Assembly (NCBI GenBank): GCA_039586795.1
Contig: JBDHJS010000015.1
Span: forward strand, 64,001-128,000
Source: Gemmatimonadota bacterium
Lineage (GTDB): Bacteria > Gemmatimonadota > Gemmatimonadetes > Palauibacterales > KS3-K002
DNA: 64,000 bases
Direction: 5' to 3'
Under the pieces are notes generated by a model. That model was not told where the DNA came from and ran no database searches. It worked only from the letters and a program-made list of their open reading frames with translations. Made by a program: the position numbers and the translations under genes. Below are positions 29,259 to 39,064 of the stretch, in pieces. How positions within the stretch are numbered: position 1 is the stretch's first letter; each line of letters opens with the position of its first letter.

Positions 29259-29801
29259 GTGGTTGTGCCAAGTTTTGGGCTCAGGACGCTCGGTGAGTTA
29301 GGGAGATCACAGGAAACGGAACCTCCTCGCCCATCGCGTTACCGGGCGGTAGGGCGGCGCCGCGGTCCAGCGCTCGGGGCGCTGGTCGATGAGACGGTGG
29401 GTCTGTTCAGGGAATTGCGACGCGCGGTAATGGAGATCCATGCAGAGGGGCTACTGTCAGGCGGTCAACGCAAAGTGCTGGCCGAATTGGAGCGAATGGG
29501 ACCGAGGACGGTACCGCAGATGGCGCGAGCCCAATCGGTCAGTCGACAGAACGTACAGTCGCATGTGAACGAGCTCGTCGCCGGGGGGTTGGTCGAGACG
29601 ATCGAGAACCCGGAGCACCGGCGGTCGCGTCTGGTGAGGATCACTGCGGAAGGTGGGCGGCGGCTGCACGAGATGAATCGAGTCGAAACGCAGTTCTTTG
29701 ACGCGCTCGAGATTGAGGCCGATGCGGGTCACATCGAAATGGCAACAGAGGTGTTGCAGGGAGTGCGCAACGCGCTTCGCATTCCCCGGGTAGGAAAGTG
29801 A
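29259..29801 (+). CDS. MarR family transcriptional regulator (start uncertain)
   Basis: GPRTVPQMARAQSVSRQNVQ...L...GLV...NP.HRRS.LV.IT.EG. Confidence 0.9.
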   Translation: MVVPSFGLRTLGELGRSQETEPPRPSRYRAVGRRRGPALGALVDETVGLFRELRRAVMEIHAEGLLSGGQRKVLAELERMGPRTVPQMARAQSVSRQNVQSHVNELVAGGLVETIENPEHRRSRLVRITAEGGRRLHEMNRVETQFFDALEIEADAGHIEMATEVLQGVRNALRIPRVGK

Positions 29802-29826
29802 GAGATGACTGCCATGAATGAAATGG

Positions 29827-30390
29827 TCAGTACGCGTCCGCCAAGTCGTAGACCCTAGTGAACTTGATGGTCCGATAGGCGGTGATCCGTATCTCGACGT
29901 GCAGCTGACGGCCGTTCTCTTTCAGCTCGTAGGTCTCGGTGATCTTGGCGCCGCTCTCCAGCTGGCGTTCGACAACCAGCTTTTCACCCTTCCACCCGGC
30001 CTTCGTCCTCAAATTGCCCATGCCTCCGACGGCCTCGATGTACTCGCGTCCGTCCTGGTACACACGGCGCTCGCGGCCCTGGGCATCGCTGAAGATCAGC
30101 GTGGAATCGTCCTCTTCGAGTCTGAAGGCGACGGACGGCATGATGCCATCCGCCGTGAGCGGGGTGCGAGTGCGGCTGGCGCCGGGCTCCGGCCGACCGC
30201 CGGACGGTTCGCCGCCGCCCGGGCGCCCCTGCGGCTCGGGATCCTGGCTGGCGTCGGCATTGAGCAGCCAGGTGCCCGTGAAGTCGGGGTGCGCGGGTAC
30301 GATGCCCTGGCTGCCGCCAGAACACCCTGCTACGAGTGATAGCAGGACGAGGGCTGTGGCCACGACGGTTGGGAAATTCCGGGTTCTCAC
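29827..30390 (-). CDS. Lipoprotein, lipocalin-like beta-barrel
   Basis: Lipobox VAGC; PDFTGTWLLN...SQDP, WKGEKLVVE, ITETYEL and FTRVYD; GTG start after AGGAG. Confidence 0.7.
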   Translation of the reverse strand: MRTRNFPTVVATALVLLSLVAGCSGGSQGIVPAHPDFTGTWLLNADASQDPEPQGRPGGGEPSGGRPEPGASRTRTPLTADGIMPSVAFRLEEDDSTLIFSDAQGRERRVYQDGREYIEAVGGMGNLRTKAGWKGEKLVVERQLESGAKITETYELKENGRQLHVEIRITAYRTIKFTRVYDLADAY

Positions 30391-30469
30391 GATCCATCTC
30401 CTGAGGGACGACGAAGAGCAGTCATATGACATCAAACAACGGCAGCAGCGGCCAACGTCAAGCCCGGCG

Positions 30470-30928
30470 TCAGAAGTTGGGCGGTGGTCCGCGTCGCGAG
30501 CCGCGGGGCATCGGACCCATGCGTCCCCGCCCGCGTCCCTTGTTCATCTCAGAGGTGAGGCTGTCCAGGACAGCCGCCTGCTCCGGCGTGAGGACCGCGC
30601 GGATCTCTTCACGCACCGAATCGGTGACGGCGCGCAGCCTGGGGAGCATCGCGTTAAGGAGAGAGTCGGTATTGGGCCGGCTATCTCGCAGGATTGTCAT
30701 GACTCGCCGATGCTGTTCGGCGGTCAAGTTGAGCTCGCGGAACATGCCGGGCATAAAGTCTTCGAATGGGGGACGCATCCCCATCGGCGCCTCGAACGGT
30801 GGGGCCTGGCGTGAGGCGCGAACGCGCTCGAACGCAACGCCGGCCAGACCGCCGACGACAAACGTTACGAGCAGCAGGGCGATACCCTGTGCGCGTATTC
30901 TGCCCAGTGACTCGAAGCCGTCCTTCAT
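30470..30928 (-). CDS. Spy/CpxP-like (LTXXQ) periplasmic protein
   Basis: N-terminal TM; ELNLTAEQ and IRAVLTPEQ motifs. Confidence 0.75.
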   Translation of the reverse strand: MKDGFESLGRIRAQGIALLLVTFVVGGLAGVAFERVRASRQAPPFEAPMGMRPPFEDFMPGMFRELNLTAEQHRRVMTILRDSRPNTDSLLNAMLPRLRAVTDSVREEIRAVLTPEQAAVLDSLTSEMNKGRGRGRMGPMPRGSRRGPPPNF

Positions 30929-31290
30929 CGATCGTCCTCCAGAGTCAGCCACAGCTCCGCCGGGTCCGGCGCCTCGTCACTGCGGACCCACTGAGCGATC
31001 TGTGCAGGCATCCCTATGGCCTCGGCGATGCCGGTCTGCGACTCGGTCGTCTCGGCTCTCGAGTCGACGCTGGCCAGCGCGGCAACAGAGACGATCCCGG
31101 TAAGTGCGGCCGCGGCGAGCAGCGGTCGCCACCAACTGACGACCTGGCCCAGGGCGTTGCTGCGGCGTCTTCGCGCCTGAAGCTCCGGAGAGGCAGCGGC
31201 CATAATAGAAGCCACGATCTTCTCGAAGTGCTCCGGGTCAGTCGTCGGGTCGAGTTCCCGGAAGTCGGTTCGATCGTTGCGCTCAATCAT
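30925..31290 (-). CDS. Putative anti-sigma factor (single TM)
   Basis: Overlaps the ECF stop; WWRPLLAAAA TM segment. Confidence 0.6.
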   Translation of the reverse strand: MIERNDRTDFRELDPTTDPEHFEKIVASIMAAASPELQARRRRSNALGQVVSWWRPLLAAAALTGIVSVAALASVDSRAETTESQTGIAEAIGMPAQIAQWVRSDEAPDPAELWLTLEDDR

Positions 31291-31855
31291 CTGAGTACTC
31301 CATGAAGACCTGCTCGCCCAATCGCTCTCGCAGAGTCCGCCGAGCGCCCATCAAGTGTTGGCGCGACATACCCTCGGAAATATCGAGGGTCTCGGCGATC
31401 TCGCGATGCTTCCAACCCTGAAGATCGTGGAGAAGGACAACGTCGCGCTGAATCTCGCTCAGTTCCTCCAAAGCCGTTTCCAGTTCGGTCCGTAGCTGCG
31501 CGCGCTCCGCATCTCGGTCGGGGTTGTCGGAGCTAGCGGCCGAGACCGTCTCGAGCGGCTGCGTTTCTCGCACCTTCTTATAGGCGCGATAGTTGTGCGC
31601 TCGGTTGCGGACGATCTGAAGCAACCAGGCGACGAATCGGGTCGGGTCGGGGTCGTCGATCCGTTCGAGAGCCCGGATGAACGCTTCCTGGCAGACGTCC
31701 TCCGCATCCATCGCATTTCCCAGCTTGGCCAGAGCCACGGCGTAGGCGGCACGATAGTGCCGCCGCACCAGCGTCTCGAACGCCGCCGCGTCACCGCGCC
31801 GGGCTCGCTTGACCAGGGATTCATCCGGCACATCCGATCTCCCGCCCGAGGCCAT
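31283..31855 (-). CDS. ECF RNA polymerase sigma-70 factor
   Basis: GD.AAFE.LV, DAEDVCQEAF, F.AWL.QI.RN and region 4 H.EIAE.L.IS.G. Confidence 0.95.
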   Translation of the reverse strand: MASGGRSDVPDESLVKRARRGDAAAFETLVRRHYRAAYAVALAKLGNAMDAEDVCQEAFIRALERIDDPDPTRFVAWLLQIVRNRAHNYRAYKKVRETQPLETVSAASSDNPDRDAERAQLRTELETALEELSEIQRDVVLLHDLQGWKHREIAETLDISEGMSRQHLMGARRTLRERLGEQVFMEYSDD

Positions 31856-31879
31856 GGCTCAGTCCGTCTGCACTAGTAA

Positions 31880-31906
31880 GACAGCGGGTTTGGCCAAACC
31901 GTTAGC
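31880..31906 (-). promoter_or_regulatory. Putative ECF autoregulatory promoter (CTAAC-N17-TGTC) with a perfect 14-bp palindrome in the spacer
   Basis: Minus strand GCTAAC GGTTTGGCCAAACC CGC TGTC, 25 nt upstream of the sigma start. Confidence 0.45.
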
Positions 31907-31976
31907 CAGCACGGGGTAGCCTGGCGCGGCGGCGAGCCGGGAGGCTTGGGTGGGGCCGGAGTCCACGGCTCGGAAC

Positions 31977-33740
31977 CTACAGACCGTATTGCTTCATCTT
32001 GCGCCACAGCGTCGTCCGGCTGACGCCGAGGACCTGGGCCGCTTCCCCCCTATTGTACTTGGCCTTCTCGAGAGCGGCACGGATCTGACCCAGCTCTGCC
32101 GAGTCGGCCACTGGGGGCTCGGCGCCGGCGGTCAGTTCCGCTGGTCGGATCCCGCTTTCGTCGCGAGCAGCGGTCGGGGCGCCGGTCGCACTTGGTCTGG
32201 GTGGATCTGAATAGTGGCGGCCGATTTCCTGCGGGAGGTCACCGATGTGAATGGTCTGTCCCTCGCAGACGGAGATGGCGTACTCGAGAGCGTTCTCGAG
32301 TTCACGCACATTGCCCGGCCACGGATAGGTGAGGAGCGCGCGGCTTGCGGACGGCGCCAACCTCAGCGAACGACCTCGTTCGCGCCCAATCACGTCCAGG
32401 AAGTGTCGAATGAGAAGCTCCAGGTCCTGGCGACGCTCCCTCAGGGGTGGAATCTCGATCGGAACGACCCGGAGTCTGTAATAGAGGTCTTCACGGAACC
32501 GTCGTTCGGAGACCGCCTGAACGAGATTGACGTGTGTCGCCGCGATCACGCGGACATCCACCTGTCGGGTCTTCGTATCACCGACTCGCTCGAAAGTATG
32601 CTCCTGAAGAAAGCGAAGCAGCTTGGCCTGGAGGCTGAGGGCGAGATCGCCGATTTCATCGAGGAATAGCGTGCCGCCATCCGCCAGTTCGAAGCGCCCG
32701 GGACGATCTCTAACCGCTCCGGTGAAGGCGCCGCGAACGTGGCCGAAGAGCTCGCTCTCGAGCAGTTCCGATGGGATGGCCGCGCAATTCACCGCGACGA
32801 AGGGTCCCTCAGCTCGGTGCGATGTGTCGTGAAGCGCCCGAGCGACAAGCTCTTTGCCAGTCCCGCTATCACCTGTGATTAGCACGGTCGAGTCGTTGTC
32901 GCGTAGAAGTTCAATGACGCGAAAGATCCGCTGCATGGCTGGAGACTTGGAGATGATGCCGCTGAACGATGGCTTCTCCTTGGTCTTCTCCTCCGGCCGA
33001 ATCATGACCACCACCCGGCCGTTCAGGCGGGTGCAGGCGTCCGTCGGATCGATCGGCCCTATGCTCAGCGAGACCGGGATCTGTTCCCCCGACGCGGTAT
33101 GCAGGAACGCCCACCACCCTTCGCGCCTTTCGCCAGCCAGTACGGCAGCGCGAACGGAACTGGTCTCCCCGAACATGTCCTCTCCGAGCAAACGCTCGAG
33201 TCGCTCGCCGACCAATTCGTCGGCACCCATGCTGACGAGCGCCGGAAGTCCTGCCGAGTGGCCAACAACCTTGAAATCATCGTCGGCAACGATGTATTCG
33301 CGGCCCAGCCCGTTCAGGAGTATGTCCAATTCGGGCGGCGGCCTTCGCGTTTTGTGCGCGGTTTCATCTGCCGGGCGGATCACCTCGATCGCACCGGTAA
33401 TATTGCCGTCTTCATCCCGGAATACCCGACCTGACTTGAGGATCTCGAACTCGCTGCCATCAGCTCGATAGATCGTCAGGCGCGCATCGCGCACTTCGCC
33501 ATGTTTGAAAACACCACAGCCCCGCAGGCACTCGGAGCAGCGGACAACTTCGAGGCATGAACTTCCCAGCACGTCCTTGGCCTTGAAGCCGGTGAGCTGC
33601 TCCAGAGCCGGGCTCATCGCCACGACGTTCCGGTCAGCGTCTACCTCGAAATAGGCTAGCTCCGCCAGGTCGACCAGCGTGCTCAATCCGCCGGGTTCCG
33701 GTTGGGCCACCGCTGTGAGGGGTTTTTCTGCTTCGCTCAT
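31977..33740 (-). CDS. Sigma54-dependent enhancer-binding protein with two PAS domains
   Basis: [36 protein letters not shown] and Fis [14 protein letters not shown]; Cys cluster in PAS1. Confidence 0.95.
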   Translation of the reverse strand: MSEAEKPLTAVAQPEPGGLSTLVDLAELAYFEVDADRNVVAMSPALEQLTGFKAKDVLGSSCLEVVRCSECLRGCGVFKHGEVRDARLTIYRADGSEFEILKSGRVFRDEDGNITGAIEVIRPADETAHKTRRPPPELDILLNGLGREYIVADDDFKVVGHSAGLPALVSMGADELVGERLERLLGEDMFGETSSVRAAVLAGERREGWWAFLHTASGEQIPVSLSIGPIDPTDACTRLNGRVVVMIRPEEKTKEKPSFSGIISKSPAMQRIFRVIELLRDNDSTVLITGDSGTGKELVARALHDTSHRAEGPFVAVNCAAIPSELLESELFGHVRGAFTGAVRDRPGRFELADGGTLFLDEIGDLALSLQAKLLRFLQEHTFERVGDTKTRQVDVRVIAATHVNLVQAVSERRFREDLYYRLRVVPIEIPPLRERRQDLELLIRHFLDVIGRERGRSLRLAPSASRALLTYPWPGNVRELENALEYAISVCEGQTIHIGDLPQEIGRHYSDPPRPSATGAPTAARDESGIRPAELTAGAEPPVADSAELGQIRAALEKAKYNRGEAAQVLGVSRTTLWRKMKQYGL

Positions 33741-33878
33741 CTTCTTCGAACCGTTTCAAGTCGAGTTGTACAGCTTCACGCGCCGGTCTGTTGCAAGTTC
33801 GGTGCGAGCCGAACGACGCCTGAAGGTCAAGTCAGATCAAGGCGTTTCGACGCGCGTGAGGCCGGCGGCCGACCGTCG

Positions 33879-33930
33879 TGTCACACCATGTTGCAACATA
33901 GCGTAACACAATGTTTCATGCGTTGTAACA
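33879..33930. promoter_or_regulatory. Putative upstream activator sequence (overlapping TGTnnCA-N5/6-YGYAACA inverted repeats)
   Basis: TGTCACA-N6-TGCAACA, TGTTGCA-N6-CGTAACA and TGTTTCA-N5-TGTAACA, 100-150 bp upstream of the -24 box. Confidence 0.65.
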
Positions 33931-33982
33931 TAACATTTCAGACCACCGGTGCAATGAGCGGTGGTGGAGTCATGCTGACGAC

Positions 33983-33999
33983 ATAACTCTTTGTTTTTG
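33983..33999. promoter_or_regulatory. IHF-like binding site between the UAS and the sigma54 promoter
   Basis: ATAACTCTTTGTTTTTG (reverse AACAA-AGAG-TTA, resembling WATCAANNNNTTR). Confidence 0.4.
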
Positions 34000-34025
34000 A
34001 AGACCTTACGGGGTCGGATGGATTC

Positions 34026-34042
34026 TGGCACCGGCGTTGCAT
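34026..34042 (+). promoter_or_regulatory. Sigma54 (-24/-12) promoter
   Basis: TGGCAC-CGGCG-TTGCAT, consensus GG-N10-GC, 80 nt upstream of the SQR start. Confidence 0.85.
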
Positions 34043-34121
34043 TAGGGGGTGGACAGAAATGCACGGAAGACGAAGTCTCGATTTGCGACGACTTAGATAC
34101 GCGCAAGAGGAATACGAGGAT

Positions 34122-35354
34122 ATGAAGAAGCTAGTGATACTGGGTGCAGGGACAGCAGGTACGATGATGGCGGCGAAGATGCGGCGCGCACTGGCGGCGG
34201 ATGATTGGGAGATCACGATCATCGACCAGGACGATCGGCACATCTATCAGCCGGGCCTCTTGTTCATTCCGTTCAGTGTCTATCGAGCGCGGGACGTGAT
34301 CAAGCCGCGTTCGAGGTACATCCCGCTGGGCGTAGAGTTCATCGTGTCGGAGATCGATGCGATCGAGCCGGACGACAACCGGGTGCGGTTGATGGATGGC
34401 ACGAAGGTGGAGTACGACCTCTTGGTCATCGCCACGGGGAGCCGGATCGTGCCGGAGGAAACGGAAGGGCTAACGGGAACGGGTTGGCAGGAGACGGCCT
34501 TCGACTTCTACACGCTGGAAGGCGCCGTGGCGCTACAGAAGGCGCTCGACCGATTCGAGGGCGGTCGTTTGGTGCTCAACGTGGTCGAGATGCCGATAAA
34601 ATGTCCGATCGCGCCCCTCGAGTTCATCTTTCTGGCGGACGAGTATCTGGCCGAGAAAGGTGTGCGAGACAAGACGGAGATCGTGTACGCGACACCGCTG
34701 GAAGGCGCGTTCACGCGCCCGCGGGCGTCGGCGATGCTGGGCGACATGATCGAGCAGAAGAACATCAAGATCGAGACGCTGTATTCGGCAGGAGAGGTGG
34801 ACGGCGAGAAGCGGATCCTGTCGAGCTTTGACGAGCGCGAGATCTCCTACGACATGCTGGTGACGATTCCCACGCACATGGGAAGCGAAACGATAGAGAG
34901 GTCGGGTATGGGTGATCACGTTGCGTTCATTCCGACTGATCCGAACACGCTACGGTCGAAGAACTGGGAGAACATCTTCGTCATCGGCGATGCAACCGAT
35001 CTACCAACGTCGAAGGCGGGGTCGGTGGCGCACTTCGAGGGCGAGGTCCTGGAGGAGAATCTACTGCGGTGGATAGATGGGCGATCGCTCATCGATGAGT
35101 TTGACGGACACGCGAACTGCTTCATCGAGACGGGCTACGGCAAGGCGCTCCTGATCGACTTCAACTATGACGTCGAACCGCTGCCCGGGAAGTTCCCGAT
35201 GCCCGGGATCGGGCCGCTGAACCTGTTGGGCGAGAGCGAAATGAACCATTGGGGAAAGATGGCGTTCCGCTGGATCTACTGGAACATGTTGCTCAAGGGT
35301 TCTGAGATCCCCGGTATCGAGTCACGCATGTCGATGGCAGGCAAGTGGAGCTAA
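34122..35354 (+). CDS. sqr: Sulfide:quinone oxidoreductase (type III-like)
   Basis: GAGTAG, YQPGLLF.PF, IKCPIAP.EF, GDAT..P.SKAG, FDGHANCFIETG and NHWGK motifs. Confidence 0.88.
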   Translation: MKKLVILGAGTAGTMMAAKMRRALAADDWEITIIDQDDRHIYQPGLLFIPFSVYRARDVIKPRSRYIPLGVEFIVSEIDAIEPDDNRVRLMDGTKVEYDLLVIATGSRIVPEETEGLTGTGWQETAFDFYTLEGAVALQKALDRFEGGRLVLNVVEMPIKCPIAPLEFIFLADEYLAEKGVRDKTEIVYATPLEGAFTRPRASAMLGDMIEQKNIKIETLYSAGEVDGEKRILSSFDEREISYDMLVTIPTHMGSETIERSGMGDHVAFIPTDPNTLRSKNWENIFVIGDATDLPTSKAGSVAHFEGEVLEENLLRWIDGRSLIDEFDGHANCFIETGYGKALLIDFNYDVEPLPGKFPMPGIGPLNLLGESEMNHWGKMAFRWIYWNMLLKGSEIPGIESRMSMAGKWS

Positions 35355-35358
35355 GACG

Positions 35359-35871
35359 ATGACGACGATGACATTGAACGAACAGGACGTTGCCGCGCAG
35401 CTGGTCGAAGTCAATAGGAAGTTGGACCGTATCAGCATCGTGGTAGATGATCTCAGCCGCCGGTTGGAGAGCTTCGACGATCTGAAAGAGGACCTGGTCC
35501 CGATCGCTCACGGCGCGCTCACGATTGCGAACAAGAAGCTGCACGAGTTGGAGCAGGAAGGCGTGATAGACTTCGCCGGCGAATCGGTGAACGTGGCCCG
35601 GACGATAGCCACTTCGTTCTCGCGGGAGGACGTGAAGATGCTGGGCGATAACGTGGTGAGCATCTTGAAGACGGTGCGGAACCTGACCCAGCCGGGCGTG
35701 CTGGAAGTGGCAGACAAGGCGGCGACTGCTCTGCGTGGTGCGCCGGCGGAGGCGGAGAAGATCGGGCTGTGGCGGGCGATGCGCGACCCAGAGATCCGCA
35801 AGGGAATGAGCCTGATGCTCGGAGTACTGCGCGAATTTGGCGCCGAGGGTAGCAACGGAAGTAGTCGGTAA
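35359..35871 (+). CDS. DUF1641 domain protein
   Basis: Helical; C-terminal IGLWRAMRDPEIRKGM...LR.FG motif; usual SQR neighbour. Confidence 0.85.
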   Translation: MTTMTLNEQDVAAQLVEVNRKLDRISIVVDDLSRRLESFDDLKEDLVPIAHGALTIANKKLHELEQEGVIDFAGESVNVARTIATSFSREDVKMLGDNVVSILKTVRNLTQPGVLEVADKAATALRGAPAEAEKIGLWRAMRDPEIRKGMSLMLGVLREFGAEGSNGSSR

Positions 35872-35921
35872 CACTGGAAATAGAACTGTGGAAGCATAAA
35901 GCACGAACGAGGAGAGAGACG

Positions 35922-36239
35922 ATGAGTACGACGACACTAGCGGGAATCGAAGTCGAGGTTAACGAGGATGGGTTCATGTTGAACCCCGATCAGTGGACAC
36001 CGGAGATCGCGGCGGAAATCGCTAGGGAAGCCGGAATCGACCCGCTGACCGACAAGCACTGGGAAGTCATCGATTTTTGCCGACGCGACGCTGCCGAGAA
36101 GGGCGAGCCTCCGGGAGTCCGGCGTATCACGAAGCTGACGGATGTCTCGATGAAAGAGATGTACAAGCTGTTCCCGAAAGGACCCGGGATTCTATCGGCC
36201 AAGATCTCCGGACTGACGAAGCCGAAGAGCTGTATCTGA
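35922..36239 (+). CDS. TusE/DsrC family sulfur relay protein (single C-terminal Cys)
   Basis: NEDGF...QW.PEIA, LTDKHW.VI, LFPKGP...GL.KP.SCI. Confidence 0.9.
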   Translation: MSTTTLAGIEVEVNEDGFMLNPDQWTPEIAAEIAREAGIDPLTDKHWEVIDFCRRDAAEKGEPPGVRRITKLTDVSMKEMYKLFPKGPGILSAKISGLTKPKSCI

Positions 36240-36333
36240 GTTTGATAGAGGTTAATCAGATCACAAGGATAGACAGGGGGTTCGGTAGACCGGGCAGGTG
36301 GGACCGGCTCCCTCCAGGGAAAGACGGAACAAC

Positions 36334-36825
36334 ATGAGTGGAAATGGTAGTGGAAACGGCGCGAACGGTGCGCGCAAAGTCGCGATCATTTGTTCGAAGG
36401 GCAGCTTGGACATGGCGTATCCGGGCCTCATTCTGGCAAATGCAGCCCGCATGATGGGGATCGAGGCAGTTGTGTTCTTTACCTTCTGGGGTCTGGATAT
36501 AATCAGCAAGAAGCGTGTGGACAAGCTGCATGCCGGAATCGTTGGTAACCCGGCGACGCACATGCCGGCCATGCTAGCGGGTCTGCCCGGCATGGAATCG
36601 CTGGCGACGAAGATGATGAAGAAGAAGATCGATGAGATCGAGATTCCTACGGTCCGCGAGCTGCTCGAGATCCTCGACGACGCCGGTGCGGAGCTGTACG
36701 GCTGCCAGATGGCGATGGAGATGATGGAGATCGACAAGGATGACCTGGTACCGCAGGTCAAGGACATCATCACCGCGATGGACTTTTTCGAGAAGGCGGA
36801 AGGCGCGCAGACGATCTTTATTTAG
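36334..36825 (+). CDS. DsrE/DsrF/DrsH-like (DsrE2) sulfurtransferase
   Basis: SKGSLDMAYP.LILA, FFTFWGL and YGCQMAM motifs. Confidence 0.9.
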   Translation: MSGNGSGNGANGARKVAIICSKGSLDMAYPGLILANAARMMGIEAVVFFTFWGLDIISKKRVDKLHAGIVGNPATHMPAMLAGLPGMESLATKMMKKKIDEIEIPTVRELLEILDDAGAELYGCQMAMEMMEIDKDDLVPQVKDIITAMDFFEKAEGAQTIFI

Positions 36826-36846
36826 TAGTGGAAATTCCGAACTAGA

Positions 36847-36881
36847 GAGCTCGAGGGTCACACAAGGGGACTCTCGAGCTC
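36847..36881 (+). terminator. 13-bp hairpin ending the sulfur operon
   Basis: GAGCTCGAGGGTC-N9-GACTCTCGAGCTC; weak U tract. Confidence 0.5.
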
Positions 36882-37203
36882 GTCTATGTTGGGGATCATC
36901 GAAGCGGATTCCCCCATTCGGGAGCCGGGGATTGGCGGGGCTGTGAACGAGCTGGCGGCTGCCTGTCTGGTGTGTCAACTTGGGAACGCCCAGCCCTGAA
37001 ACCCGCAACCCCAACCCCCCCCGAATCATCGAACCCTCCACTCCCTATGGTGTACTACCCCTCAGATTGATAGATTTTGCCGTCCCCGTCGGTTCCAATC
37101 CTTGAACGTTTAGGGAGCTGAGGACATCGCGGAGCTCGCGGTGATCAGCGTACGGCATGAGCGCCGGGCCGGTCCTGCGCCCGGCGGCCCCCGATAGAGG
37201 AAG

Positions 37204-39051
37204 TTGTTTGGCTTGATAAGGAACATTGCCATCATCGCCCACGTCGATCATGGGAAGACGACGTTGGTCGACAAGATGCTGCGGCAGGCCGGCGTTTTTC
37301 GTTCTAATCAGCAGGTTGAGGAGCGAGTTCTTGACTCTAATCCTCTGGAGCGGGAGCGCGGCATAACGATACTGTCGAAGAACACCGCCGTGCGCTGGGG
37401 TGATGTGAAAGTGAACGTGGTTGATACGCCCGGGCACGCCGACTTCGGCGGCGAAGTGGAGCGCATTCTGAGGATGGTGGATGGAGTGCTGCTGTTGGTG
37501 GATGCCGCCGAAGGCCCCATGCCCCAGACTCGGTTTGTGACCCGAAAAGCCCTGGAATTGGGCGTTCAGCCCATTGTGGTCATCAACAAGGTAGACCGCC
37601 ATGACGCGCGGCCGCTGGAGGTTCATGACGCCGTGCTCGATCTGTTCATCGAGCTCGATGCGACCGACGCGCAGCTTGATGCTCTCTTTCTTTATGCGTC
37701 AGCTCGGGACGGCTGGGCTAGCTCGTCGGAGGAACAGTTCGGCGGGGACCTCAGACCGCTATTTGATGCGATCGTCGAGCACGTTCCGACGCCCGCCTGT
37801 ACGGTAGATGGACCGTTTCAGATGCTGGTGTCGACTATTGACTACTCGCCGTATCTGGGCCGAGTAGCGATCGGTCGAATCGAGCGCGGGGTAGCCGAGG
37901 TGGGCCAGCAAGTGGTGATGTTGTCACCGGGCGAGGCCGGGCTCGCAAGCGAATCGGAAGCTGAAGCCGGGCGGATCGTGAAGTTGTATGGATTCGAAGG
38001 CCTGAAACGAATCGAGATGAGCTCGGCGGAGGCGGGAGACATCGTAGCGATCGCCGGTGTGGATGGTATCGAGATTGGGATGACGCTGACGGACCCGGGT
38101 TCGCTGGAACGCTTGCAGGGAATCGCCGTGGAAGAGCCGACGATATCCGTCGATTTCATGGTGAACAACTCACCTTTTTCTGGGGAGTCGGGCCGGTTCG
38201 TTACCAGTCGCCAGGTGGGCGAGCGGCTGTTCCGTGAGGTGGAGAGCAACGTGGCGCTGAAGGTGGAGGAGACAGCCACGCCGGAAGTGCTTTCCGTGTC
38301 GGGCCGCGGCGAACTGCACCTGGCCATCCTGATGGAAACCATGCGCCGCGAAGGGTACGAATTCCAGGTGAGTCGGCCGCGAGTCATCCTGCGTGAAAAC
38401 GGGGACGGCAGGAAGAGCGAGCCATACGAGGAACTTGTGGTGGATGTCCCGGAGAGTATGACGGGCGCTGTGATGAAGAAGCTCGGCCCTCGGCGTGCGG
38501 AGTTGATCGAGATTCGAGCTCCAGGGCAGGGGCGGGCGCGAATGCACTTCAAGATCCCGGCGCGTGGACTCTTCGGGTATCGTTCTGAGTTTCTGACCGA
38601 TACGCGAGGGGAAGGCATCATGCATCACCGTTTCCTCGAGTACGGACCTTGGGCAGGCCCGCTGGAGGGCAGGCTACGCGGGGTACTCGTGGCAGATCGC
38701 GAGGGCACTACGTCGCCATACGCGCTATTCAACCTTCAGGAGCGAGCGACCATGTTCGTCGGTCCGCGAGAGCGAGCCTACCAGGGGATGATCGTGGGTG
38801 AGAACTCCAGGGTTGGTGACATGGAAGTGAACGTGTCGAAAGAGAAGAAGCTGACGAACATTAGAGCCGCCGCGTCAGATGATAATGTCTTGCTCGAACC
38901 CCCGCGGCGGATCTCTCTGGAGGCTGCGCTGGAGTATATCGAGGAAGATGAACTGATCGAGATAACACCCGACGCGATTCGACTGCGCAAGCGTGTGCTG
39001 GACTCCAACGAACGCAAGAAAGCTGCCCGCCATTCAAACAAACCCTCCTAA
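37204..39051 (+). CDS. typA: Translational GTPase TypA/BipA
   Basis: [52 protein letters not shown] and KKLTN.RA. Confidence 0.97.
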   Translation: MFGLIRNIAIIAHVDHGKTTLVDKMLRQAGVFRSNQQVEERVLDSNPLERERGITILSKNTAVRWGDVKVNVVDTPGHADFGGEVERILRMVDGVLLLVDAAEGPMPQTRFVTRKALELGVQPIVVINKVDRHDARPLEVHDAVLDLFIELDATDAQLDALFLYASARDGWASSSEEQFGGDLRPLFDAIVEHVPTPACTVDGPFQMLVSTIDYSPYLGRVAIGRIERGVAEVGQQVVMLSPGEAGLASESEAEAGRIVKLYGFEGLKRIEMSSAEAGDIVAIAGVDGIEIGMTLTDPGSLERLQGIAVEEPTISVDFMVNNSPFSGESGRFVTSRQVGERLFREVESNVALKVEETATPEVLSVSGRGELHLAILMETMRREGYEFQVSRPRVILRENGDGRKSEPYEELVVDVPESMTGAVMKKLGPRRAELIEIRAPGQGRARMHFKIPARGLFGYRSEFLTDTRGEGIMHHRFLEYGPWAGPLEGRLRGVLVADREGTTSPYALFNLQERATMFVGPRERAYQGMIVGENSRVGDMEVNVSKEKKLTNIRAAASDDNVLLEPPRRISLEAALEYIEEDELIEITPDAIRLRKRVLDSNERKKAARHSNKPS

Positions 39052-39064
39052 CGGAACGTCAACT

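Noticed and set aside
35922..36825. Evidence for dissimilatory sulfate reduction
   Set aside because: The DsrC-fold protein lacks the second Cys and no dsrAB/MK genes are present in the window
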